Positions 39,273 to 48,514 of a stretch of 64,000 bases of DNA are shown piece after piece. The notes under the pieces are model-generated. The model had not been told where the DNA came from. It ran no database searches and worked only from the letters and a program-made list of their open reading frames with translations. The DNA comes from Minisyncoccota bacterium (lineage in GTDB: Bacteria; Patescibacteriota; Minisyncoccia; JAHIHE01; JAGLIN01): NCBI GenBank assembly GCA_023142595.1, contig JAGLJF010000003.1, forward strand, positions 3,873-67,872, written 5' to 3'. Every line of letters starts with the position of its first letter. The stretch's first letter is position 1. The position numbers and the translations under genes were made by a program.

Positions 39273-40256
39273 ATGAGTGTTTCATCTAAAAACAATCAAG
39301 AAAACAAAAAGAGGAATAACAATTCTTCTTCTTTTGATAATGATATCTCAAACTCAAAAACGAAATCTGATTCGACTCAATCTAAAGATTCAAACAATAT
39401 ATTGAAGCAAAAATTAATCGAAAAAATAAAAAAAGGCGCAAAAGAAAAGATGGAAAAAATTGAAGATTCTGAAAAGGAAGATGATTATCAAGCTTTAAAT
39501 AAATCAGAATCTAAGAAATCTGGAGCTTCACGACTGGATTCTCCATCAAAATCAAATTTATTGCCTCAGAATCGGAGAGTTGACAATAATAAAGATAATG
39601 AACTAAACAGAATCAAAAATGAATCACAAAGCGATGTGCAAATAGAAAAAATAAGAAAAGAGGCGCAAGAAAAGTCTGAAAAAGAAGCTGAAGAGGCATT
39701 AAAAAATATTCAAGATAGAAAAGCAAGATTTATAATTAAACTAGCAGGAAAACATGCAGAACAAGCTGCTTATACTATTGCAGCAAAAATGGCAAAAATG
39801 GCAGATGATGGCGGTATGATGGCATTTTTTGTGATGGCATTGAGCCTATTTCTCGCTATTATAAAAGACATAATTGACATTGGCGAAGTAGGACTTTTAG
39901 CATTTCTTGCTACTATTGTGGCAATTCCCGTAGTGATAGCAATTGAGAGCGTTTTTTGGTTTATAAATTTTGGCATAACGCTAATAAATATATATTTTTG
40001 GACCATTCTTTTGGGAGGTAGTCATAAAAAATGGTTTTGGAAAAGAATCTATAAAACAATTCTATTGTCTGGACTTGATTTTCTGCCAGGCATTGATGCA
40101 ATTCCATTTATGACATTAATGGTTCTTTGGAATATTTCTGATTATTATAAAGCAAGAAAAGAAGCAAAAGCGGATTTGAAAAAATTTATGATTGATTATA
40201 AGAGTACGGGAAAAGTCAATAAAGCAACTGCTGAAAAATATGTTGGATCTATATAA
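39273..40256 (+). CDS. Hypothetical membrane protein
   Basis: Low-complexity charged N-terminus; TM region with DFLPGIDAIPF motif. Confidence 0.7.
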   Translation: MSVSSKNNQENKKRNNNSSSFDNDISNSKTKSDSTQSKDSNNILKQKLIEKIKKGAKEKMEKIEDSEKEDDYQALNKSESKKSGASRLDSPSKSNLLPQNRRVDNNKDNELNRIKNESQSDVQIEKIRKEAQEKSEKEAEEALKNIQDRKARFIIKLAGKHAEQAAYTIAAKMAKMADDGGMMAFFVMALSLFLAIIKDIIDIGEVGLLAFLATIVAIPVVIAIESVFWFINFGITLINIYFWTILLGGSHKKWFWKRIYKTILLSGLDFLPGIDAIPFMTLMVLWNISDYYKARKEAKADLKKFMIDYKSTGKVNKATAEKYVGSI

Positions 40257-40372
40257 TAATTTGAAAATTATAATTTTATTTTCTACATAATTTATTTTGG
40301 TTTATTATTACTGTAGATTAGTATATAATAAAAATAAGTATGTTTAAAATAAAAGAGATTCTTATGACCAAT

Positions 40373-40422
40373 TGTCATTCTGAGAGAACGCGATTGTCAT
40401 TCTGAGTGAAACGAAGAATCTC
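40373..40422. repeat. TGTC-family type B left end with 22-bp stutter
   Basis: TGTCATTCTGAGAGAACGCGAT-TGTCATTCTGAGTGAAACGAAGAATCTC. Confidence 0.8.
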
Positions 40423-40470
40423 AAAATAAAGTTTATCAATAAATTTCAATAAACCATAATTTTTAAAAAT

Positions 40471-41565
40471 ATGAAAATAAAAAATTATTTAATTGGTGCA
40501 TTCCTCTTGGTGAGTTCTTTCGCTTTTGTCGGCATTGTTAGTGCTGCTACAACTTGGGATCCGCTAGTGAAAATTCCAGGAATTCCATCGACGGGAATTA
40601 ATCTCTCAACATATTTGGTTGGACTTTATAATTTTATGCTAAGCGTTGTCGGAATTGTAGCAGTGATGATGTTAATCGTAGCTGGTATGAGATATATCAC
40701 CGCAGCTGGAAATGCGACTTCGGTCACTGACGCCAAAAGCATCGCAGGAAATGCAGTTGTTGGATTGCTTCTGGCTTTGCTTTCTTTTGTTATCCTCAAA
40801 ACAATCAACCCAGATGTCTTATATCTCAAAAAACCAGGCAGTGGTTTCGCTGGTACTACTGGCACCCCAGTAGATTTGGGTAGTTGCGGTTCTTATGATA
40901 GCGCTGGTGTTTGTACCTGTGCTAACAATGAAATAATAACACCTGCTGTTGCTAATGCAGCTGCTTGCAACACTGCATGCGAAGCCTCTCCAGAGCTTTG
41001 TCGTGCCGCTCCAAAAAATGTTTGTTTACTAAAAGCATCAGAGCCTGGAGATACTAACTGCTATTGTATTAACAAAAACACAATTCCAATAGGAACAGCA
41101 ACTAATTGCCAAGATGCTTGTGCTGTAAGTGATTGTGTAGTGGCGGATTTAAGAGTAGGACCATCGCCTAATCCAAAAGATAAATCAGCTTCTGTTAAAA
41201 TAGATGAAAATGTCTATTTAGACGCAAGATCTTATTCAGTAGATTATTCCTATAATAATTTAAATAGATTTGTTGATTACGACGATCCTTCTTTTGACAA
41301 TGGAATTGATAGATATGAAATGTGTTTTGACGAAGAAAACCCTGCTGCTTGTATCACTTTAAATCACGGCTGCTCTGATGGTGCATCTTGTAGTTGGGTT
41401 ACAGGTGCTCTCGGTTGGATTGGTTCTACATTTCTTGCTTGGGCACCATGTGGAACAGATGTAACATCATATGGCGGTGGTGGTACAAAAAAAATAAAAC
41501 TTTATGTGAGATCAACAAATGGTTGTATTATAGCAACAGATGAAGTTATTGTGAATGTTAACTAA
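40471..41565 (+). CDS. CPR pilin (TrbC/VirB2-like) fused to a cysteine-rich extracellular region
   Basis: AV.M.IVAG.RYITAAGN....AK....A.VGLLLALLS..IL.TINP pilin signature; many Cys. Confidence 0.82.
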   Translation: MKIKNYLIGAFLLVSSFAFVGIVSAATTWDPLVKIPGIPSTGINLSTYLVGLYNFMLSVVGIVAVMMLIVAGMRYITAAGNATSVTDAKSIAGNAVVGLLLALLSFVILKTINPDVLYLKKPGSGFAGTTGTPVDLGSCGSYDSAGVCTCANNEIITPAVANAAACNTACEASPELCRAAPKNVCLLKASEPGDTNCYCINKNTIPIGTATNCQDACAVSDCVVADLRVGPSPNPKDKSASVKIDENVYLDARSYSVDYSYNNLNRFVDYDDPSFDNGIDRYEMCFDEENPAACITLNHGCSDGASCSWVTGALGWIGSTFLAWAPCGTDVTSYGGGGTKKIKLYVRSTNGCIIATDEVIVNVN

Positions 41566-41592
41566 CAAAAAAATAAGAAGGTTTAATCCTTC

Positions 41593-42243
41593 TCATGTTA
41601 ATTTTACAACTAAAAAATTTATTTCTTTGGGATGTAAATTTGTTCGACTTGTTTGTGGATTATCTTTTCCAAAAACAAAATAAGTTCTTTCTGCTGGATT
41701 AACATTTAATCCGCCACTAGAAATACCTAATTTTGCTAATGTTCCTTCGTCTTTTAAGCCTTCTATACTTATTCCAATGTGAATAAGTCTTGATCCATGA
41801 TTTTCAGCATAACCTCTTATCCCAGTATCTTTATATTCCGTAATCGTAACATAGCATTCTTTATATAAAGGATGTTCAATTGTTTTCGGAAGTTCATTTA
41901 TCGCAACAAGACCATTTAACCCACCAAAACTGTCAACGATTTGCTTAAATCGGATACCTTGATTATAAAAATCAAGCTCTGACTGTGTTGTTATAGATAT
42001 AGTCGGATTTACAGAATCTGCATCTTCTGTTTTAGCCTCTTCTTTGTTAGCATTCAATTCTGGATTTAATCCCAATTTTTCGGTTTGCTGAACTTCTGAT
42101 TGTTCATCTCTTGTATCACTAGCAATTCCTATTAGCGTCATTGCTACAATTAAGATTATTGCAAGCATTAATCCAATTATAACAAATTTTGAACCTCCCC
42201 TTAAAGGATTATTTACATTTGCATTGTCTGGCATATCTATCAC
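41593..42243 (-). CDS. Hypothetical single-TM protein
   Basis: N-terminal TM; AAGGAG RBS. Confidence 0.65.
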   Translation of the reverse strand: MIDMPDNANVNNPLRGGSKFVIIGLMLAIILIVAMTLIGIASDTRDEQSEVQQTEKLGLNPELNANKEEAKTEDADSVNPTISITTQSELDFYNQGIRFKQIVDSFGGLNGLVAINELPKTIEHPLYKECYVTITEYKDTGIRGYAENHGSRLIHIGISIEGLKDEGTLAKLGISSGGLNVNPAERTYFVFGKDNPQTSRTNLHPKEINFLVVKLT

Positions 42244-42420
42244 TCCTTAAAAATATTTTTTGTTTATCATCGTTTCTTGATTCACCTCCATCTGTTTGGG
42301 TGAACTTTTTTAACTATCTTTTTTTCATTGTTAGTCTCGAAATAACAAATATATTATATTGCGATTCAACACAAAATTAATCTGCTTACGGGATTCTTCA
42401 TTTCTCTCAAAATGACGCAT

Positions 42421-42911
42421 AAGTATATTGCTAAAATTTTGCAATCTGGGATCCACAGCCCTACGGGACTATGGAACCCTCGAAATAATATTATAAAAGA
42501 TAATTACAAAAATTCACCCAAAAGAATAATCAAATTGCTGGAAAACAAAAGATAAACTTATGGCTATTTTGTTTTTTTAAAAGAACATTTTCAAAATCAA
42601 CATAAGTTGACCCTCTCTCCTTCTCTACTCCAAAACTAGCACAAATATTTGTTTTTGTCAAGGTGGCTGGATGTGGACAGATTTTAGAGATTGTCATTCT
42701 GAACTTGTTTCAGAATCTGTCAGCGGTAAGGATTCATTTTGTTAATTTCGCAAGACAGGAAGTTATAGACAAAAGATTCTAAACTAAATTTAGAATGATG
42801 ACATATTTGTCATACTAAGAAGGAACGACAAAGTATACTGATAAAGTTTTGCAATCCGGGCTCCACAGCCCTACAGGACTATGGAGCCCTCAAACTAAAT
42901 TCAGAATAACA
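42421..42911. repeat. Repeat cluster: two family C hairpins in duplicated context around an inverted type A element (42692-42803)
   Basis: TTTTGCAATCYGGG.TCCACAGCCCTAC.GGACTATGGA.CCC at 42437 and 42847. Confidence 0.8.
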
Positions 42912-42970
42912 AAAATAAGACAACAAAAAACTGCCTCGCTTTTGCAAGACAGTTTTTCAAAAATTAATTT

Positions 42971-44038
42971 CTATTGAATCCCTTTGAACATCGGCATTCC
43001 ATTGTCAGGACTAGTCGGTACATAAATTGTTCCTTCTCTGTCTTTGAGTTCTCTGATATATAAGTAGTTCAAATATTCAGCAGTCAAACTTTCATTAATT
43101 GTCTTTTGAGCATCTCTTTGTCCTTCTGCCTCAATTCTTTTTCGATCTGCTTCTTTCTTTTCTTTTTCTAAAACAAAATCATACCTTTGACTTTCTTGCT
43201 GTGCTTGAAGTTTTTCTTGAATGCTGGCATCAAGCTTTTCTGGAAGAATTACATTTCGAAGAAGAACTTGCTCAATGGCAATTCCTCTTGGCTCAATGTT
43301 GTCTGCCATTTTTTGCCTAATGGTATTGATTATTTCATCTCTTTTGTCTGAGTAGATTGATTTTGAATCATATCCTGCTACAACTTCTCGAATTGCGCTT
43401 CTGATTTCAGGTCTAATGATTTTTTCCTGATAATTTATTCCCAATTCTTTATATACATCAGAAGCACTGTCTTCTACAAGATGATAAAAAACAGTAATAT
43501 CAAGTTTGACGGTTAGCCCTTCGCTTGTCAGAGCATCAATGGAATCGTCTCCAATTTTTTCGCCCTCTCCTTGTACAACACTCATAGTGTATTGTTCGGT
43601 TCTAATGCTTAGTTTTGTTATCTGAGCGAGAGGATTGATTATATGAAGTCCAGATTTTACTTCAGCATCTTTTACTTTCCCAAACAAATGATAAACCCCT
43701 GTTTCTCCTGCAGGAATAATGACAATGGAATTTGCAAGAACGATTAGAGATAAGATAATCACTATAACTGTACTTGTTGTTTTTTTATCCATAAATTTTG
43801 AATTTAGTTTATTAAAAAATTGATTTGAATTATTTGAAGAAAAAAATTGTTTGCCATCTTTCATTCCAGAAAAATTGAGATCAATCCCCTTTTTTCTCGA
43901 TTCTTCTTTAATGGCAAGAAATACAGGAAGAAGAAAAACTGCTCCAAAAATTAACCAGAAGATTAGTGATGGTTTGAATATTAATAAAAATATAAATATC
44001 CAAATTATTGTTTTTGTTAATTGTTCTTTGTTTTGCAT
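42971..44038 (-). CDS. Prohibitin/SPFH family protein
   Basis: IPAGETGV, TSEGL.V.LD, IIRPEIRSAIR, LLRNV.LP, EA.RKRIEAEG. Confidence 0.92.
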   Translation of the reverse strand: MQNKEQLTKTIIWIFIFLLIFKPSLIFWLIFGAVFLLPVFLAIKEESRKKGIDLNFSGMKDGKQFFSSNNSNQFFNKLNSKFMDKKTTSTVIVIILSLIVLANSIVIIPAGETGVYHLFGKVKDAEVKSGLHIINPLAQITKLSIRTEQYTMSVVQGEGEKIGDDSIDALTSEGLTVKLDITVFYHLVEDSASDVYKELGINYQEKIIRPEIRSAIREVVAGYDSKSIYSDKRDEIINTIRQKMADNIEPRGIAIEQVLLRNVILPEKLDASIQEKLQAQQESQRYDFVLEKEKKEADRKRIEAEGQRDAQKTINESLTAEYLNYLYIRELKDREGTIYVPTSPDNGMPMFKGIQ

Positions 44039-44083
44039 TTGTTTATATTGGTAAATAAAGATATCGTCCTAAACAATGTTATA

Positions 44084-45145
44084 TTTCATTTTCGAAAAAA
44101 TTATTTGTCATCCTTGTAGATGTTACCTAATTCGTTGACAGAATATGCTCAAGCTCTGTCATCCTGAACTTGTTTCAGGATCTTTGTTAAATTAGGTTTT
44201 GATTTGTATCATATACACAATACTATTGTATATATAGAATAAACACAATATATTTTCTTAATGATACAGTTAGTGATTTATAGACTAGCTTTAATATAGG
44301 AAAACGACAGATTCTGAACTAAATTCAGAATGACAAAAATATTGGTTTCATTTTCGAAAAGATTATTTGTCATTCTTGTAGATATTACCTAATTCGTTGA
44401 TAGAATATGTTCAAGCTCTGTCATCCTGAACTTGTTTCAAGATCTATCGTACTTTGCAATAAATGCTTCTATAAATCGTAAAATATTTTAGTCGGATTAT
44501 TTATTTCATCTAATATTTTTCAAGAATTAATCTATATTCAAGTCAGCAAATCCAGGATTTTTACTTTTTATTAAGTTTATTTTCCACGCTCTGTGCCAAT
44601 TTTTAAGTTGTTTTTCTCTTTTAATTGCAGAAACAACATCACTTGTCTGTTCAAAATAAACTAATTTTTTTAAATTATATTTTTCAGAAAAACCTTTTAC
44701 TAGTTTATTTTTATGTTCATAAACTCTTCTTTTTAAATCATTTGTCACACCAATATACAGGGCTGTATCAGTAAAATTCATCATAATATACACATAATAC
44801 GATTTTGACATTTATTTGTTTTAAAAACATTAAAATCATAACCAACGACAGATTCTGAACTAAATTCAGAATGACAAAAAGTTTGTTTCATTTTCGAAAA
44901 GATTATTTGTCATTCTTAGGTTCTAAACTCAACCACACCTGTCATCCTGAACTAACCCAATGTCATCCTGAGCCAAACCCCTGTGTCATCCTGAACTTGT
45001 TTCAGGATCTTTAGTCAAATTAGGTTTTAATCTATATTTATATACACAACACTATCATATACAAAATGAACAAATACGGTTAGTGATTTATGGACTGGCT
45101 TCAATAGAACAGAACGACAGATTCTGAACTAAATTCAGAATGACA
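44084..45145. repeat. Tandem array of three [spacer + type A element] units; the middle unit carries GIY-YIG
   Basis: Elements at 44157-44335, 44419-44876 and 44984-45145; spacer TTTCATTTTCGAAAA.ATTATTTGTCAT.CTT at 44084, 44346 and 44886. Confidence 0.9.
44527..44811 (-). CDS. Stand-alone GIY-YIG nuclease
   Basis: YYVYIM...LYIGVTNDLKRRVYEHK...LVYFE...AIKREKQLKNWHRAWKINLI...NP. Confidence 0.95.
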   Translation of the reverse strand: MSKSYYVYIMMNFTDTALYIGVTNDLKRRVYEHKNKLVKGFSEKYNLKKLVYFEQTSDVVSAIKREKQLKNWHRAWKINLIKSKNPGFADLNID

Positions 45146-45301
45146 ACTATTGTCGTTTTGTCTTTTGAAAATTTACATTAAATATTATGTAACTCAAGTA
45201 TACATTAATTTTCAATATAAGTGAAATTTTTGTTTATTGATTGACTGTTTCATCTAATATGATATTATTCTAATAGAAAATGAGTAACAATTCAGTAACC
45301 T

Positions 45302-45442
45302 AACCTTCAGACTTTTTGTTTGGAGTATGGTTTAAATCCACTCGCGTAGAAACGGTCTTCTGATCGGTACTACGCGAGTGGTCTTTACCTGAAAGGGTAT
45401 TGGGCAATCCGAAAGGGTCGCCGCCGACGGAAGACCTTTTTT
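45302..45442 (+). ncRNA. Candidate structured leader RNA with pseudoknot or alternative pairing
   Basis: 12-bp stem 45338-45381, two GAAA-capped hairpins, loop 45354-45368 complementary to 45423-45436, then T run. Confidence 0.5.
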
Positions 45443-45477
45443 GTAAAATTTTATTTATTATTAACTAATCTAAAAAT

Positions 45478-46542
45478 ATGAAAATGAAAAAAATATTAAG
45501 TATTGTATTTTTGCTTTCACTGGTTGTAAGTTTTATTTCTATAACACCAAACATAAACGCAATGCAAATTCCAGAAGGAGCGATTATAAAAACTGATAAT
45601 AATCCTGATGTATATATTGTGAAATATAAAAACGGAAAACAATTTAAAAGGTTGGTTTTGAATCCTCAAGTTTTTGAAAGCTATAGTCATTTGAGATGGA
45701 GAGATATTTTGACCGTTAGTCAAATCGAAATGGATTCTTTTATTGTTTCTGATTTAGTGAAAGTAGATGCACAAACTGATATTTATCAGCTTGTGCCAAA
45801 TGGCGATATCGGAACTAAAGTTTTAATAGAATCAACTGTTGGCTATGATTTAGATTCAGCTTATACTATAAATTTAGTAGATTTTGGAAATTATGTAACG
45901 GGAGAAGTTAGGGGAATAATTGATACTGATAGTTATCCAAACGAGACCCAAAATAATATCTATACCGTGAATAGAGTTGTTGATGGTGATACTATAGAAG
46001 TTAATGTTAATAGTGTATTAGAAAAAGTCAGGTTGTTGGGTATAAATACACGAGAAACAGTTGATCCAAGAAAATCAGTTGAATGTTTTGGTATAGAGGC
46101 GTCCAATAAAGCAAAGATGGTTTTAATGGGTCAAAATATTGAACTTGTGGCGGATAACACTCAGGGCGATCGTGACAAATATAACCGTCTTCTCCGATAT
46201 GTTTTTCTGGAAGATGGAACTAATTTTAATAAAATGATGATTAGTGAAGGATATGCTTATGAATATACATACAATACATCATATAAATATCAAGTCGAAT
46301 TTAAACAGGCAGAAAAAGTAGCTATGGAAGCAAAAAGAGGTCTTTGGGCAACTAGTGTATGTGATTCACAATCCGCTCCTGTATCTGATCAATATAATTG
46401 CTCTAGTAATGTTTATAACTGTACGGATTTTTCTACTCACGCTGAAGCTCAATCTGCTTTTGAATCCTGCGGTGGGACAGCTAATGATATCCATAGACTT
46501 GATGGCGATAATAATGGTATTGCGTGTGAATCATTACAATAA
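45478..46542 (+). CDS. Secreted thermonuclease (SNase) with CPR surface domain and Excalibur-like C-terminus
   Basis: Signal peptide; VVDGDT, VRLLGINT.E, DKYNRLLRYV, AKRGLW; YNCTDF...LDGDNNGIACESL. Confidence 0.9.
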   Translation: MKMKKILSIVFLLSLVVSFISITPNINAMQIPEGAIIKTDNNPDVYIVKYKNGKQFKRLVLNPQVFESYSHLRWRDILTVSQIEMDSFIVSDLVKVDAQTDIYQLVPNGDIGTKVLIESTVGYDLDSAYTINLVDFGNYVTGEVRGIIDTDSYPNETQNNIYTVNRVVDGDTIEVNVNSVLEKVRLLGINTRETVDPRKSVECFGIEASNKAKMVLMGQNIELVADNTQGDRDKYNRLLRYVFLEDGTNFNKMMISEGYAYEYTYNTSYKYQVEFKQAEKVAMEAKRGLWATSVCDSQSAPVSDQYNCSSNVYNCTDFSTHAEAQSAFESCGGTANDIHRLDGDNNGIACESLQ

Positions 46543-46570
46543 TATTAAATTAATTTTTTAACATAAATAT

Positions 46571-47092
46571 ATGAGCAAAGGAAAAACAATTCTTAAAATA
46601 ATTTGTGGATTAGTGATTTTAACGCTGGTATTCTTTTTTGGATTGATAGCATTAACGCTAATTGATCCAAATCTTGATGACAACTCAGCATTAAATCAAG
46701 AAAAAATTTATGAAGAATCCGAAAACCAAATAATTAATTCTGTAATAAATTTTGATAAATTAAGAGAGTGGAACCCAGATGATGATATTCATGCTATCGG
46801 TTTAGAAATTTTAGTATCCAAAGATGATGTAACAGAAGAAAATATTGTTAAATTAGCAGAATCCATTGCTTCCAATACACAAAAAGCTGTGGTTAAAATT
46901 TATCAAAATAGACAAGCTTGGGAAGAAGAACAATCTAGAAATTATACAGATGTTTATAATCAAGATTATTTGGCTTTTTATGTTAAAAATCTTACAAATA
47001 GTAACGCATATAGAGGTTTCAATGAAATCAGATGGATGCAAGAAAAAGGAGATTTGCAAGATTTGTTTGGTACTAAAACTAAGCTGAAATAA
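46571..47092 (+). CDS. Hypothetical single-TM protein
   Basis: N-terminal TM; 173-aa ORF. Confidence 0.7.
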   Translation: MSKGKTILKIICGLVILTLVFFFGLIALTLIDPNLDDNSALNQEKIYEESENQIINSVINFDKLREWNPDDDIHAIGLEILVSKDDVTEENIVKLAESIASNTQKAVVKIYQNRQAWEEEQSRNYTDVYNQDYLAFYVKNLTNSNAYRGFNEIRWMQEKGDLQDLFGTKTKLK

Positions 47093-47129
47093 AAAAGTAC
47101 CAAAATTTTCTGATGTTTCCCAAGCAAAC

Positions 47130-47258
47130 TCTGATTTTGGAAATCAAGCAGATGCTCAAAGAATTTTTAATGTTTGTGGTGGAATCAATAATGATATTCA
47201 TAAACTTGATAGCAATAATAATGATGTTCCGTGTGAATCGTCATCGTGGTCATATTAA
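47130..47258 (+). pseudogene. Orphan Excalibur-like domain fragment
   Basis: Translates SDFGNQADAQRIFNVCGGINNDIHKLDSNNNDVPCES, homologous to the C-terminus of 45478-46542; no start codon. Confidence 0.7.
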
Positions 47259-47280
47259 ATTAATTTTTTAACATAAACAT

Positions 47281-48099
47281 ATGCGAAAAGAACAAGAACA
47301 AGCTAAATATAAAAAGTGGTATAAAAAATGGTGGGGAATTTTAATCATACTTATATTTTTACCCTTTGTAGCTATTTGGTATATTTGGAAAAAAACAAAC
47401 TGGGATAAATCTGTTAAGATTATATTAACGATTTTAATTTTCTTTTTTGTGATAATTTTATTAAAATCAAATGATGAAACAATTAAACAAATAGAACAAT
47501 TAGAATCTCAAAAAATTACACAAATACAGAAACAGGAAAATGACGAAAAAAATATAGAAATTTTAAAGTCCATTAATTATGAATTAGTAGAGTCTAAAGA
47601 TATTTCTTTTAATGATCCTAATAGCGGAATTGTAAAAAGATTTAATACGCGGGTTTTAATTGAAAATAATCCAGTAACTAAAAAACAAATAGAGATTTTA
47701 AGTGAAAAAATAATAAAAGACTATCAGCAACAAAAAGCAGATGCTATCTCAATTTTTTATTATTTTAATAGAAGCCAAGTCAATGGAGCATACACGCTTG
47801 CTCAAGCTGAATGGGCTCCAAATGGAAAATGGGAAGAAGCTAATTTAAAACAAAATCAAAAAACAACTTATAAGTTTACAGAATTTATTGATAAAAAAAG
47901 AACAGACGGACCAACTGAATTAGAAAGAGAAATAAATACCGCCATGAGAGATTTATGGTATGAAATGATGGAAACACAAGATATGGTCACAGATGAAGAA
48001 ACTGCAAAAATCTTAGCTCCCAAATATGGAAAAACAGTTGAAGAAATGCTTGAAATTAGACGCAAAGTAATCGATTATGATTTAGGTTTAACACAATAA
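47281..48099 (+). CDS. Hypothetical membrane-anchored protein
   Basis: KKWYKKWW N-terminus, two TMs, AEWAPNGKW motif. Confidence 0.75.
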   Translation: MRKEQEQAKYKKWYKKWWGILIILIFLPFVAIWYIWKKTNWDKSVKIILTILIFFFVIILLKSNDETIKQIEQLESQKITQIQKQENDEKNIEILKSINYELVESKDISFNDPNSGIVKRFNTRVLIENNPVTKKQIEILSEKIIKDYQQQKADAISIFYYFNRSQVNGAYTLAQAEWAPNGKWEEANLKQNQKTTYKFTEFIDKKRTDGPTELEREINTAMRDLWYEMMETQDMVTDEETAKILAPKYGKTVEEMLEIRRKVIDYDLGLTQ

Positions 48100-48382
48100 A
48101 CAAATCTTAAAAATTTCTACGCAACCATAACCTGCCATAACCAAAGCAGGTTTTAAATTGGGAAATTCTCGCGGGAACTGATTTGTAATCAGTTCCTGAT
48201 GTTTCCCAAGCATTAAAAACATAAAACGATAAAATAAAAATTATTGAGACTTCAAAATAAAAGAAACTGTTTACAAAACAGTTCCTGCGATAAAACAATT
48301 TTTTCTGAAATCGCAAAAGACTCCATACGGAGTATGGAGCCAACGGGGAAATAATACAAAATCGTCATCAACACACCACTGA

Positions 48383-48507
48383 CCCCTCTCAAGAGGGGAA
48401 TTGTCATCTCGAAATAAGAGGAACGATTGAGAGATCTGAGAACTAAATAAATTTCACTATATAATATCATTCACAGATTTCTCACCCTATCGGGATTCGA
48501 AATGACA
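48383..48507. repeat. CCCCTCTCAAGAGGGG hairpin fused to a TGTC-family type D element (48402-48507)
   Basis: TGTCATCTCGAAATAAGAGGAACGATTGAGAGATCT...AGATTTCTCA...TTCGAAATGACA; hairpin recurs inverted at about 51560. Confidence 0.8.
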
Positions 48508-48514
48508 AATATAT

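Noticed and set aside
44186-44305. Short element interiors as decayed GIY-YIG genes
   Set aside because: Only a brief AT-rich resemblance (ATCATATACACAATAC); not supportable by eye.
44084-45145. CRISPR array
   Set aside because: The repeats alternate as left and right inverted ends, the interiors are long and homologous rather than unique spacers, and no cas genes are present.
45338-45436. HDV-like or hammerhead ribozyme
   Set aside because: There is no room for the HDV P3/L3 element and the hammerhead core CUGANGA...GAAA is not properly arranged; kept only as an unassigned structured RNA.
45478-48212. Integron cassette array
   Set aside because: No convincing attC (RYYYAAC...GTTRRRY) sites and no integrase were seen.
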